Below, piece after piece: positions 44,558-56,304 of a DNA stretch of 64,000 nucleotides; within the stretch, counting starts at the first letter, position 1; each line of letters begins with the position of its first letter. The stretch is taken from positions 3,680,001-3,744,000 of the forward strand of contig CM000208.1 of the NCBI GenBank assembly GCA_000002445.1. Direction: 5' to 3'. The position numbers and the translations under genes were made by a program. This DNA is from Trypanosoma brucei (taxonomy: Eukaryota). Below the pieces are notes generated by a model. The model was given only the letters and a program-made list of their open reading frames with translations. It did no database searches and had not been told where the DNA came from.

Positions 44558-45786
44558 GTCCACAGTGGCGACAAAACTATTGCTCTGCTCGTAATGATTT
44601 TTTTTTGCTGTTGTTGATGATGGAAACATGCTGCAAACAAGGGGATAAACGCCGACGGGCATGTGTTCATTCTTATTGGAGGAGAGGAGAATGGGGAAAG
44701 GCGGAGACAGAAATGATCTGTTAAAAATATTGTATCATACTATTATTATTATTAAAACGTGCACAACGGCCCGCCCGCCCTACGAGGACACAATGTTCAC
44801 ATTGAATGGGACGATGTATAGCACATTAGACGTGCGGTATTTGCGGTGTGTTGCTTTACTTGTGTGACACAAAAATGTTTTTCCGTACTTAGTTTGTTGT
44901 TTTGTTTGATTATTTGTTTGTTTTTCCTTCTTTGCGATATAGCTTTTTCATCTGTGCCAGTATTGATGCAGCTTTCTCTTCATTTCCTTCCTTTGCGCGT
45001 GGGTTTGAAAGTTTCATCTTCGCTCACTTTAACGCAGGAGTGGGTGTATTTCTTTCCTCCCTTACATGAGTGAGATGGCACCAATACGGTACCGTCAGCA
45101 CACAAATATCACCTAACATATGTTTAAACGCCATATACATGAAGTGGGGGGTGGTACCAGAATGGTGAAATGGTTGAAAGGGAGGAAGGGGCACGAAATG
45201 CTGAGAAATATTTGGGAGGGGAAGAGGGAGGGAAATGGAATTAAACAATGTGATATTCTGGGTCTGCGCACTGTACAATGAGATGCTAGCAATGGTAGCT
45301 TTTTTTATATATTATTTCCTTCCCCCCTTTACGTGTTCTTCACAACGATGCTTGTGTGTACGTGTGCTGCTGCATAAGCACTTACCGTCCTTCGGTCACC
45401 TCTTTCTTTCTTTCGTGTGGGTGTGGGTGTGTATTGCTGCTCTTTTTATCCCTGTAGAGCGTGCCTTTTTAATTTCTCCTTTGATTTCTCATTTAGTGGT
45501 AGCGTGGTTTCTCCCGTGTGTACCCACGCGAAGGGGGGAGAAACGGAAGGGGAAGGAGGAAGGAGCAAAACCGCAGCAAATTAGTGGTTAGGGGTTATCC
45601 AGTAGGGAAGGGTGGGGGTTGGGGAAAACGAGAAGAACGCCAATAAAACGAAGAAACGGGAAAGTAAAAGCAGTCGTTACCGAAGCGTTTCGGAATCTGG
45701 AAAAGGGGGTATAAATTGGTCTTTGAGGGCTGCAGTTAGCTGTTGTTATATATATATACATATATGTATATTGGTTGCGTCTCGTA

Positions 45787-47136
45787 ATGAGTTCATGGGA
45801 ATCGTGTGAGGATGGTAACCTCGTTCGCACTGGTGAAATCGTTCTGTTCGTGCAAAATGAGACCCGTTACCACGAAGGTGATGGCAATTTGAACTATGAC
45901 GAAGGCAAATTAACGCTTTCTACGGATAATATTTTTTTTCAGCCTAAGGGAGCAGGTCCAATTTTTCTAAGGATTCCCCTTGGTAACATTGACAGTCCAA
46001 GCGGTGGCCCAACCGTCGTGGCTCAGTCAGATGGGCGCAGTCCGAAGTTACACATCCCTCTCACAGAAAGCGGGCAAAAAGCGGTATTTTCTTTTAAAGT
46101 AGGCAACATCAAAGAGTTTTGTGAGACTCTTCGTGATGTGCTGCAGCAAAAATTGTTACTGCTCCGACACAGTGAAATGTTGACGGAACCACTGCCATCT
46201 ATTACAGGCGTTGTCCAGGGGTCGAGTAAAGCAACACGTGATGACAGTAGCGCAGCGCCAGCAAACGAGACCCTTTTAGCCTTTACGGACAAGGCTGGGA
46301 TCGCGGGTCTCATGCGGGCATCAGCGGAAAAGACGGCACAAGGGGAAACGTTACGTGACATTGATGATGTCATGCGTAATGCCTCCTCCCTTGTGGCATC
46401 CATTCGAAATCTGCAGCAAAAGCAGCAAAATATCGCTGGCACGACGAAGGCTGAAGATAACATGACAATTGAGAGCATCGAAGCAACGCTTGGCCTGGGT
46501 GCTACAGTGCGGGCATCGGGAGCCGGCTGGGGGCTTGTGAGTGCGCATGCGGGGTTTCACAAGGAACTTGCCTGGGAAATACATTCATGGATAACACACG
46601 AGAAAAACCATCATGTGTTCGGGTCGATGCCACTGATCCCGCTCATCGAGCTCTTCTCCTTGTATAACAAGGCTCGTGGCGAGTGCGATTTGGTATCAAC
46701 AAATGATGTGCTGCACGCATGTCGCGCGCTCGACCAACAGGAATATGCGCAATACACACTAAAGCGTCTCTCATCGGGTCGTTACGCTCTGCAACGCAAG
46801 GACCCCTCTATTGTACTGAAGAAGTTAGAACACATTCTTGGGCCTCGCTTATGCAACGAGAAGGAATCAGGAAAATTCACCACGTCAGCAGATTCTTCTC
46901 CTATTCACAACGGAAGGGATGGCGGGGTGACACAGCCGGTGACCCAAACGGCAGTATTTCCAGAATCTTCTTCTATGCTGAAAGGCGTCAACGAAGTGAC
47001 GTTTGCGTCTGTTTTGCATGTTACATGTTCGGTATCCATGGATCTTCTGGAGGAATTGGAATTGCAAGGTTACCTTTGCAGATCAGGTGGTGAGTTTGGT
47101 TGCTTTACGTTCCATTGGAATATATTTGTCTTTTAA
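45787..47136 (+). CDS. VPS36: ESCRT-II subunit VPS36 (EAP45)
   Basis: N-terminal GLUE/PH-like segment GEIVLFVQNETRYHEGDGNLNYDEGKLTLSTDNIFF aligns to [26 protein letters not shown]. C-terminal winged-helix LIPLIELFSLYNKARGECDLVSTNDVLHACRAL aligns to [32 protein letters not shown]. The track starts at TTG 45775; the first ATG is at 45787. Confidence 0.75.
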   Translation: MSSWESCEDGNLVRTGEIVLFVQNETRYHEGDGNLNYDEGKLTLSTDNIFFQPKGAGPIFLRIPLGNIDSPSGGPTVVAQSDGRSPKLHIPLTESGQKAVFSFKVGNIKEFCETLRDVLQQKLLLLRHSEMLTEPLPSITGVVQGSSKATRDDSSAAPANETLLAFTDKAGIAGLMRASAEKTAQGETLRDIDDVMRNASSLVASIRNLQQKQQNIAGTTKAEDNMTIESIEATLGLGATVRASGAGWGLVSAHAGFHKELAWEIHSWITHEKNHHVFGSMPLIPLIELFSLYNKARGECDLVSTNDVLHACRALDQQEYAQYTLKRLSSGRYALQRKDPSIVLKKLEHILGPRLCNEKESGKFTTSADSSPIHNGRDGGVTQPVTQTAVFPESSSMLKGVNEVTFASVLHVTCSVSMDLLEELELQGYLCRSGGEFGCFTFHWNIFVF

Positions 47137-47620
47137 TTCAGAAGGATCTGTAGCGGGGATATGTGACTGGAGCACCTTCGCTGTGCATTGTGGGCTCTGC
47201 TTCTAATATTCTCCCCGTGAGTGGGTCGAGTTGCTTGAACTTATTTTCAGCCTATTAGTCGGCGAACAATTGATCCCCGCCTTGGCTTGATAGTTGCTGC
47301 TGATTTTAAGTTGCTTTGAATTCTTGTGGAGTGGGCGGGGTACCAATTGCATCGTCATCCCCATTTACGACTTGCAAAGCAACTTTCCAATGATTTGTGT
47401 GAATCTACTCACGAGAATAAGAGAAAACAACTACTGTTGTCACCTCCATGTCACTGAATCTTCCTTCACTTACACGCAAAGTGCAATTTCTACCTTCTTA
47501 ATGCACATGTTCACTACATCTGTCTTGTATGGCAGCCACCGTCGGGGTAGAAAGAGGTAAGTAAGGGGGAAAAGAGGAATATTGATATTGTTTTCAAGCT
47601 TTTTCACCTGAAAGCGTCGC

Positions 47621-49066
47621 ATGCGGGTCGATGTAGAAGCCGTCTTTGAAAAAATACGCCCCGCGCTGGAGGTTGCAGAGGTAGGCGCGTGGAGTAAGAC
47701 CGATATCACGACGTTCATGTCACTGGTAAGCGGGTTCTGTGACATTCAACGCCAGCAACTGCGCGCTCGTCGTGGCAAGCGGCGCGATGGACATGACTGT
47801 GAACAAAATGTCGATAAAGAAGGCGGTTGCGAAGATGGCTGTGGCGTTAGGGGAGAGGATGGAGACAAGGAGGATGAAGCCTCCCTTGAGGCTGACAGTG
47901 TTGTGGTGTTGGAGATTCGCCGCTCCCTCACCAAATTGCGTCACTACCTTCAGAAGCGGATTCCGTACGGCAGCATTTCCGAACCGGTTGTACCCCCGGC
48001 GCCGACGTCTCCTCAGGAGGGGGAAAACAGCTGTGGAGGTAGAGGGGCTTATAAAGCGCTGCAAAGTAGCAAACCCGTGGAGCCGCCCGTTTGCGCAGTA
48101 GACGCTTTTCTGTATCTCGAGGAGGACATTGATGCACTTGCAGATCAGGGCCATATATCACGGGAATATTGTCGCTCATGTGGGTCGGTGGACATCGGCC
48201 TCTGCCAATTTATTACCCACTCTTTCTCGCTTGAGCAGCTGATATTTCTTTCCTGTTTTCTACTACCTTCCTTTGGTGATACCTCCTATTGCCTAACATC
48301 CGACAACGTCTGGCGACCTCGCCACAAAAACTGTCACACTGTGGCTGCCGCCTTTTCCTGTGAGCACGTTGTTGAAGTGGGTTCACGACTGGGGATCGTA
48401 CCTATGTCTTGTTACTTTGCCTCAGAGCAGCAACGCTTGCTCAACACCCGAAGGGTGACGGCGATTGAACTTGATAAAGAGTTGGTAGCGCTTCAGCAAG
48501 AGGTTTTCCAGAAATTCGCCAGGGGGCCCACTGCGGCTCACCTCAACCTTGTTCACAGTGATTGTTTTGAGGGTGAAGGATTGGAGGCCCTCCGATCCGC
48601 AGATATTATTATTTTGCATAATATATTTGAGTATTTTACGGCGAGCGCAGAGGAACATCTTCGTTCGTGGAAGCGCCTTCGCGCTGCTGTGGTCCGTAGT
48701 GGTCAGTTGCTGGTGTGTTGCCCACCTTTACAAGAAACTTTAGCTGCCTTCTCCGAGGACTGTGTGCGAAAAGTCTTCATAAATGAACAAGATAAAGTTG
48801 ATTTCGTCCATGTCCATCAAAGTAACTCAAATGCGGGTAGGATTTCTCGCAAGCGATGTCGACAGCCGCCGCAGGAGCATTCGTTCACGTTGGATCAGTG
48901 GTGGCGCTCGTGGGTCAAAGAAATTGATGTGGAACACATTCGTCGGTCGTTCCTCACCGCACAGAGGTTTTGTGAGGAAGACCACCCATGTGATTCTTCC
49001 TATGGAGACGCTGATGACGAGCTGGTGAAGGAACTGAAGGATATGAGAGTATACATGGTCCAATGA
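47621..49066 (+). CDS. Hypothetical protein with Cys-rich segment and possible Rossmann/class I methyltransferase-like core
   Basis: 481 aa ATG-initiated ORF. CRSCGS...C...C cluster, then VVEVGSRLG (motif I-like), TAIELD (acidic post-I) and ADIIILHNIFEYF (motif II-like). This is an inferred fold with no secure family assignment. Confidence 0.55.
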   Translation: MRVDVEAVFEKIRPALEVAEVGAWSKTDITTFMSLVSGFCDIQRQQLRARRGKRRDGHDCEQNVDKEGGCEDGCGVRGEDGDKEDEASLEADSVVVLEIRRSLTKLRHYLQKRIPYGSISEPVVPPAPTSPQEGENSCGGRGAYKALQSSKPVEPPVCAVDAFLYLEEDIDALADQGHISREYCRSCGSVDIGLCQFITHSFSLEQLIFLSCFLLPSFGDTSYCLTSDNVWRPRHKNCHTVAAAFSCEHVVEVGSRLGIVPMSCYFASEQQRLLNTRRVTAIELDKELVALQQEVFQKFARGPTAAHLNLVHSDCFEGEGLEALRSADIIILHNIFEYFTASAEEHLRSWKRLRAAVVRSGQLLVCCPPLQETLAAFSEDCVRKVFINEQDKVDFVHVHQSNSNAGRISRKRCRQPPQEHSFTLDQWWRSWVKEIDVEHIRRSFLTAQRFCEEDHPCDSSYGDADDELVKELKDMRVYMVQ

Positions 49067-49472
49067 GTCCAGGTTAATTGGTCCCGCTAGGATGTTGCCG
49101 CACGGATCGACCCGGAGGTCCGAGGTATTTTATTGTTTGCTTCCCCCTATGCGTCTGGTGAGTTTATTTGTGACAAATATTGTACTCCCGCTCTCCCTCA
49201 TCTCCCCCTTTATCTATACGGTAAGCGTTAATCAATCGACTAATCGGCCTAGTTGCGGTCCCACCATTTCTCAGGTAGTCTATGAGAAAGTGTTCTTGTA
49301 TGCGTGTATATGGGTGAGTACGTCTGCTTCGTTCCGCCAGCTGAAAGAAAATCACTGCTTCTTAAATCCATCGATGTGTTTTTTTTTTTGTTTGCTCGGA
49401 TACAACGCGAAATAAATAACCACATCCTCGGATGAAATAGCAAAGGACCTGGAGAAGATAGGCCCGTCAGCA

Positions 49473-50888
49473 ATGGCAATCTGGGCATGTATTGCACGCT
49501 CCGGGTTGGTCGTTTCGAAGATTATAGCATGTTCCGGACTTAGCTACTTCATATCTCACTTTTTCTCTTGGACTGAGAAGAGCGTAGGGGGGTTTGCGGA
49601 TGTCTCGCTCATGATTTTCCTTCCCTCCCTCACCTTTGTGAGCATTACCAAATTTGAAAATGCAGAACGTGCTTACATGTTTCTTTGGGCAGCGATATTT
49701 GCCTGTGTGCCTCGAATATTGGCCCTGGCATCTGCTACACTACTCAGGTGTGCTTACCCAACCAGGTGGCACGGCCTAGTTATGCTGAGCTGCGTCCTGC
49801 AGAACAGTTTCACATTTGGTCTCGGAACACTTTTTATGCTCAAGGGGATTCCATGGTTCACTAATGAAGTAGGAGAGGAGGCGATTGCATTTTTTCTTTG
49901 TTACAGCACCGTCAACTTTCTGGTTTGCTGGCTTACCGCAGAGTTGATTGTGAGGCCTTACGCGAAGGCACCTGTAGCTGTTCTGTCTGCGTGCGCTCAG
50001 GAAAAAGCAGAGGGTTGTGAGAGAGAAATGTCGTGTCGAGAGGAGGAGAACAGATGCGGGATTGTGAAGGATACCGCCACCTCCGATAATCGGCTTCGGA
50101 CAACGCGGGAAACGGGTGCAACGCCTCCACTCTACGCGCCTAAAGGGGAACCAACCCGTGTGTCTGCCAATGAAGCAGGAGAGCAGTGCGCCCCGACCAG
50201 CGGCGGAGGGTCGGATGATGTGATTCACAACAGTGCGTCCTCTTCATGTTTTTCCGTCAAAACGCTCAAACTGGTGCTGGGCGTTATTAGAAAACCGTTG
50301 ATTGTCACCACTGTTATTGCCATTATTGTCAGCATGACACCAATTCGAAGGGTTCTACACGTCCCAGTTCTGGGAACGACGTTGGTTGGGGGCATGAAGT
50401 TGGTGGCTTACGGAACCCTGCCGCTTCATTTTCTTCTGCTGGGCTACGAAGCTGGACGCACGTGGAAGGTACATGCGACTACGGCTTCTGAGAGGGCAGA
50501 CGCAGCGCAGGGAGATTCTAGAGATGGCCATGGTGAAGTCTCTGGTTGGGAGACTTCGGCGGGGCGGCGAGATAGCGATGATACACAGATAAAGACTTTT
50601 GTGCTAGCTTTCGCTTTGGCCTTCAATGCACACGTCGTAGTACCTCTGTTGTGCTTCCTCATTATATTAGCATTCAAAACGTACGATCTCATACCAACAT
50701 CTAAGAGTTTCCTTCTCGCCATTTTTGTTGGTTCGTGTGCCCCTTCTGCCATTGATCCCTTCCTTATTTGCTCCAACAACGCCTTGCTGCCGCTTGCTTA
50801 CTCAAAGATTATGCATGTAATGGTTCTCAGCGGTGGTTTAACTACATTTGCGTGGCTTTCGGTTTATTTGTGCGTCTTGGAGGAATAA
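49473..50888 (+). CDS. Polytopic membrane protein, possibly auxin-efflux-carrier (Mem_trans)-type transporter
   Basis: 471 aa with about 5 hydrophobic helices in each half, separated by a central hydrophilic loop (CEREMSCREEENRCG...). Topology resembles AEC-family transporters; the family call is tentative. ATG start. Confidence 0.65.
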   Translation: MAIWACIARSGLVVSKIIACSGLSYFISHFFSWTEKSVGGFADVSLMIFLPSLTFVSITKFENAERAYMFLWAAIFACVPRILALASATLLRCAYPTRWHGLVMLSCVLQNSFTFGLGTLFMLKGIPWFTNEVGEEAIAFFLCYSTVNFLVCWLTAELIVRPYAKAPVAVLSACAQEKAEGCEREMSCREEENRCGIVKDTATSDNRLRTTRETGATPPLYAPKGEPTRVSANEAGEQCAPTSGGGSDDVIHNSASSSCFSVKTLKLVLGVIRKPLIVTTVIAIIVSMTPIRRVLHVPVLGTTLVGGMKLVAYGTLPLHFLLLGYEAGRTWKVHATTASERADAAQGDSRDGHGEVSGWETSAGRRDSDDTQIKTFVLAFALAFNAHVVVPLLCFLIILAFKTYDLIPTSKSFLLAIFVGSCAPSAIDPFLICSNNALLPLAYSKIMHVMVLSGGLTTFAWLSVYLCVLEE

Positions 50889-51524
50889 AAAGGAGAGGTC
50901 AAGTGAAGAAGCGTTTTTGTCTCATACATGCATACACGAGCACCGCAGGCACAGCCGCCATTGGTGATACGGGGGGGGGGCCGTTGTTATGCATTGCCAC
51001 AGAGCAAATTTTTGGTTTTACTCCCCCTTTAAAAAAAAAAAAACTGTTGTTGAACACGAGGGGAATGTGTTATCCAATTTAGCGTTACGACAGTCATCGC
51101 GATCCATATGTGAGCATTTTTAAGCGTGTTCGCGTCCGCCACTATCCGAGGTCGACATACGCACGGCGTTTGTGATCACGTCTTTGCACTTTTTGCGGCT
51201 TAACTACTGTTGTTGTTTGTTTGTTTGTTTTTCGCGCGATGGCCCACACCACCCCGATACACCTATGAGACTCTTCCGTCTCCCTTGTGTTGTTTTATTG
51301 CTTTCTTGCACAATGCACCTTCAGTCGGCTGGCACATCAGTGACAGCAAGTGTACAGGGCTGGGCACCACACCGCACTGATCTTGTTTGAAGTGCAGCTT
51401 AAGTTACCTGGAGGGCCAGTGGAAATTGGTTATTTCTCTCATACATCCCCACCCCCTTGTTTGAACGGGTTCGTAGGCGCGGGTGGGACGAAGCCGCTCC
51501 ACATCACATTAGGAGCCGTTCAGT

Positions 51525-52613
51525 ATGTCAGCACGTCGACTGGCTCTCATTACGGGGATCACTGGGCAAGACGGCTCGTACCTTGCGGAGCTTCTCCTTA
51601 AGAAAGGCTATGACGTGCACGGCATTGTGCGACGTTCCTCCTCATTGAATACCGGCCGTATCGACCACCTTGTGGGTAACGCGCATTTGCATCTGCATTA
51701 CGGAGATATGACGGACGGTGCGGGGTTACATCAGATCGTTTCTAGGGTTAGACCTCATGAAGTGTACAATCTTGCAGCACAGTCGCATGTAAAGATCTCT
51801 TTTGAGACTCCAGTTTACACTGGAGAGACGGATGCACTGGGTACGGCAAAGATCCTCGAGGCTATACGTTCCACCGGCTTAGAGAAAACATGCAGATTTT
51901 ATCAGGCTAGTAGTAGTGAATTGTATGGGAATGTCCAAGAGGCCCCGCAGACGGAGAGGACCCCATTTTATCCACGGAGCCCGTACGCTGTGGCCAAACT
52001 GTATTCACATTGGATTACTGTAAACTATCGTGAGTCGTATGATATGTTTGCCTCTAACGGAATACTGTTCAACCATGAGTCCCCACGTCGAGGCGAAGCG
52101 TTTGTCACAAAGAAAATCGTTCGGGCTGCGGTGCGCATAACGAGGGGTATGCAAAAGGAGTTGTTTTTGGGTAATGTAAATGCGGTGCGGGACTGGGGTC
52201 ATGCAAAAGACTACGTACATGGCATGTGGCTCATCCTACAGGCAGATAAGCCAGATGATTGGGTGTTAGCTACTGGCAAGCAGCACAGTGTGAAAGAGTT
52301 CTGCAACCTCGCATTTCAGCGGTTAGGTGTCAACCTGGCGTGGGCGGGTAGCGGGCTAGATGAGATAGCATATGATAGAGGCTGCGCGCTGAGGACCCCC
52401 ATCGTTCGCATTGACTCGAGGCTCTTTCGTCCTGCTGAGGTGGAAACGCTTGTCGGCAACCCTGAGAAGGCTGCACGTGAACTGGGTTGGAAAATTACCT
52501 ACAGTTTTGAGCAGCTTGTGGAAGATATGGTGGAAGCGGAGTTGCGCGAAATGGACGGCAACAAAGGGTGTGAACGCTTGGCAGGGAAGTGCATTACCGC
52601 CGAAACCAGCTGA
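51525..52613 (+). CDS. GMD: GDP-mannose 4,6-dehydratase
   Basis: [61 protein letters not shown] (YxxxK) and NHESPRRG are near-identical to GMD across phyla. ATG start, 362 aa. Confidence 0.93.
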   Translation: MSARRLALITGITGQDGSYLAELLLKKGYDVHGIVRRSSSLNTGRIDHLVGNAHLHLHYGDMTDGAGLHQIVSRVRPHEVYNLAAQSHVKISFETPVYTGETDALGTAKILEAIRSTGLEKTCRFYQASSSELYGNVQEAPQTERTPFYPRSPYAVAKLYSHWITVNYRESYDMFASNGILFNHESPRRGEAFVTKKIVRAAVRITRGMQKELFLGNVNAVRDWGHAKDYVHGMWLILQADKPDDWVLATGKQHSVKEFCNLAFQRLGVNLAWAGSGLDEIAYDRGCALRTPIVRIDSRLFRPAEVETLVGNPEKAARELGWKITYSFEQLVEDMVEAELREMDGNKGCERLAGKCITAETS

Positions 52614-53586
52614 GTGTTGAGCAGCGGGGCAATATTACCTCCGTTTTGTACTCTCCGTTGTGTTTTGCCCCCCTCAACTCCTTGTTTCACCATCGGCATA
52701 CTTCTGGCACAATATCACGTGATACCATTGTTGTTGTTTTCCAAACGTTCTTACGAACCGTATGATAGGCATCCGTCACCGGTTAACGAGACCCAATGCG
52801 CCACAAACGACGGGAATGCATGGTAGACTTGAGAACTCTCTGGCCACTGTAGAAGTAGCACCAAACGAACAATAAAAAGGGACTATCGGCACACGCCTTG
52901 CCCACGCTTACTTGTGTTACTAAAGCGTGTGATTAGGAGGGCCCCTGCGTCACCTTTTGACCATCATTTCAACATTTCTGTTGTTGACTTTAGCTTGATT
53001 CGCTAACACGTCAGTTCTCTCAAATGGTCGGACACAAGCCAACACGCGCAAGCGCCCGTTTGTATTACCACGCTGATATTACTATAGCTACAAACTATGC
53101 TCCGCTCCTCAATGTTTTTGGTTCATCGTTCATTCATTTACTCAAGCCTTCATTCTTCTGTTTTTTTAACGTACGCACGTCAGTATGTTCAGGAGGAGCA
53201 ATGGGAACAGAAATTTGGATGCGCTTGGCATTCGTAGCCGGGTGGTGTGCTTGGGGAGTTCGGCAGCTTGCGAGGTGGGAAAAAGATATAAAGTAGTGGT
53301 TTTGTTTTTTTTTTTAAATGGAGGGATGATACACGGGTAAACACGCAATTTCTGTGGTAAGCTGAGTTACGCACTCGCACTTCCGTCACTTCTGGTGCGT
53401 TACTGACACATTTGCATCGCCTTTGCGAATAGTATGTAATGCCTGCACACTCCCTGTTCATTGCCACAACCTTTCCCATCATACTTATTTGCATGTGTTC
53501 GTGGAAATGAATGGATTGCTACGTAAAAATATAATGCGCTATCACTAGAATGCGTAGGAGTGGCGTGCGTGCGAGTCTTTGACAGT

Positions 53587-54300
53587 ATGCATGGAGTTGA
53601 GGTATCAGCGGAGAATCAACTGCGTCAAGTAAAGAGCGACATTGCTCTGCTCAACCATTACCTTAGCGAGGCTGAAAAGGGTCATGAAATGCCATGTGAA
53701 GAACTGAATGAGCGTATAGAAAGGACACAGAGGATCCTCCGTAGTCTTTCAGATGGTCGAGTAGATTACCAACTTGATTCCGTTAGTGGTGGTGTTGGCG
53801 CCCCCTCTTTATTGCAGGGCACAGTACCTCACACACGGGTAGTGGGGAAGCAAGGAGTGAGTAACCTGCAACGCCGCACGGCCCAACAACTTCTCTCTGA
53901 GCTGAGTCTTATTGAGTCTTCACTACAACGCTTGAACCATAAGGCAGAAAAGCATAACATGTATTTGTCCGAAGTAGATCAGCTCATGGGCTCCCTACGA
54001 AACAATGGAACTCATGATGACGTCTCGGCACTTCAGCACGCTGAGCGAGAGCGCGCATCTCTCCAGTACGCTCGAGCCAGAGTCCAGGCGATGATCAATG
54101 AGAGTAATTCTGTGATGAAAGCTCTTCAGGATCAGGGAAGGAGTTTGGAGTCAACCAACAGCAGAGTTGCGGATATTTTGGAGTCCCTTGGTGTCTCTAA
54201 CTCAACTACTCTACAAATCCTGCGGCGCAATAAAGTTGATGCATGGCTTGTATATGGCGGTATTGCACTCACGTTGCTGTTTATCTATCTGATATGGTAG
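53587..54300 (+). CDS. Tail-anchored SNARE-like protein (coiled-coil followed by C-terminal TM helix)
   Basis: Coiled-coil heptads, then a terminal hydrophobic segment WLVYGGIALTLLFIYLIW at the extreme C-terminus, typical of Qb/Qc SNAREs. The track starts at GTG 53560; the first ATG is at 53587. Confidence 0.5.
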   Translation: MHGVEVSAENQLRQVKSDIALLNHYLSEAEKGHEMPCEELNERIERTQRILRSLSDGRVDYQLDSVSGGVGAPSLLQGTVPHTRVVGKQGVSNLQRRTAQQLLSELSLIESSLQRLNHKAEKHNMYLSEVDQLMGSLRNNGTHDDVSALQHAERERASLQYARARVQAMINESNSVMKALQDQGRSLESTNSRVADILESLGVSNSTTLQILRRNKVDAWLVYGGIALTLLFIYLIW

Positions 54301-55050
54301 GAGAAGTGAAGTTTAGGGGGCAGATGTCTATTCTTCCCTCCCCCTTCATCGAAGTGGGTGGCAGGGTTGAGTTCTGTTTATCCTCTCAGTGGAATTATTA
54401 ATATTTAGATGTGCGGCGATCCGACCGTATGGCTGCTCCGTTTGCGCTTGGGAAAGTTGGATGACAATGGGAGTGACATAACGTGGACGATATTTTTGCT
54501 GGCTCCTTACATATTCTCACGGTGAGCAACGGACGGGTGGTGGTGGCTGGAGGTGACATCTGTAACACGCCTCCACTCAGATAATGAGAATAACAAAACT
54601 AACTGTGCTTCTTTCTAGCGGTGACGCTCTGTACTGTTCTTTGCTCGGTTTGTTTGATATCCATTGGTTTGTATTTGCTGGTTAATTTTTCCGACAGCGT
54701 CTTACACACTTGGTTTGTGATTTGTCCTCTCAAAACTTCTCTCCTCTGCGGGGCCCCTCCACACAGCCTTTTGAGTGGGTTCATCGAGCATCCGGGATAG
54801 CGTACACCGTAGAATGTTTTTGAGTGAATTCATCTATCGAACAGGGTAACGAATACACCGCTTCGTAGACACAAGGATATATATACACGTATTTGCACAC
54901 TTCTACTTGATTGAGGAAACCGCAGGCTATTATTTTCAACTCTCCCTCTCTACTACCTTTCATCAACAGTTTTGCGACCCCGCAGTTGATAAGGAGGTAG
55001 AGGTTCGCGGACAGACAGTAGGGGATTCATACGACCTGTGTTTGTTGTAG

Positions 55051-55809
55051 ATGAACTTGGGTCAAGTGCCCCGCCCAAGGGATGAGCCCGAGCCCTTTAA
55101 CGATTTTGAGCCCCGTCGCAAGTGCTCCATATGCTGCGGTCTTCGGTGCGCTGCTGTAACTGGAGGTGCACTCTTTCTGATCGTGCTCCCATGTAATCTT
55201 ATCATGATTCGTGGACGTATATTTGATGGGCGCGGCTTCATTGGTTTTGCGGACCGGCACCTTCTCGTGCCGTTGCCATTTGCGGCTATTACTTTTACAC
55301 ATCAAATCATTCAATCGGAAGCGTTATGGAGCAAAAACAGAAAAACTCTGTGGCAGGTAAACACGCAATCTGCGGGGCTTAACATTTTGTTGTGGAGTAT
55401 ACTCACAGTTGCTTGGACAGCTGTGTCCCGGCGTCATGGTCCACGCTGGAGCCGCAGCTATCGCCTGCTGTTGTGGGATTACCGCCGAACTCGTCGGTGC
55501 TGTGCGAACAGATATTTACCCACTGCGTTTGGTCGTATAAGTGCAGACTTAGATTGGTACAACGTTTTGTGGACGGTGAGTGTCTATCATGTGTTGTGGG
55601 GGATGTTTGCCGTCATGGTGGAGCGGGGATTCGGGGCGCATTATGCAATGTTTTATCGCGATTGGCCTTATAGTCGCTGGTGCTCCCCACGCTGGCGGGA
55701 GTGGAGAGAATTGGAGGCAATGAAGTACATTAATACGGAGCAGGTTGTAGCGCCCAGTCGTTGGGGATCTTTCATTACCAATGATCGCTGGCGTTCAAGC
55801 AGCGTTTAA
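55051..55809 (+). CDS. Hypothetical membrane protein, Trp/Arg-rich C-terminus
   Basis: ATG-initiated 252 aa ORF with hydrophobic segments (GGALFLIVLPCNLIMI, ILLWSILTVAWTAV) and a W/R-rich tail. No family recognised. Confidence 0.4.
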   Translation: MNLGQVPRPRDEPEPFNDFEPRRKCSICCGLRCAAVTGGALFLIVLPCNLIMIRGRIFDGRGFIGFADRHLLVPLPFAAITFTHQIIQSEALWSKNRKTLWQVNTQSAGLNILLWSILTVAWTAVSRRHGPRWSRSYRLLLWDYRRTRRCCANRYLPTAFGRISADLDWYNVLWTVSVYHVLWGMFAVMVERGFGAHYAMFYRDWPYSRWCSPRWREWRELEAMKYINTEQVVAPSRWGSFITNDRWRSSSV

Positions 55810-56304
55810 CTTCATCTGGTTCTTGTGGTGAGGGAAAGAAGTGTGGGCGCGATATGAAAGTAAACACATTTATATTTGCATAGGGAAGGTCGCATGGTAT
55901 GGTGCGGATCCTCCTTTTGCTACTCGCACCCCCAACAAACTCCTAAATTTGGTTAAGGGTGCTCCCAAAACTTTCGTTATAAGCAAGGAGTTCTAACAAC
56001 ATATTTAAGCTAATGGGTGTGGGGCTTTCTTGTACTCGTTAAATGGGATTGAACTATTTGCAAACCTTTCCGGGCTTTTGTAGATTATTATTTTTAATAA
56101 ACTCTTCACCATTCCACCTATTCATGCGTATGCCTCCACTCCCACTAAGTCACTCTGCACACATATCAAGTGTGAACAAGAGTACAAAACGGGAGCAATA
56201 AAAGAGAAATAACAACGCTTTTTATTGTTAATAACACAGTTAAGGTAAGTCAGTTGTAAGCTAAGAAGTAGAACAGACACACAACACTACCCTTTACTGG
56301 GATA

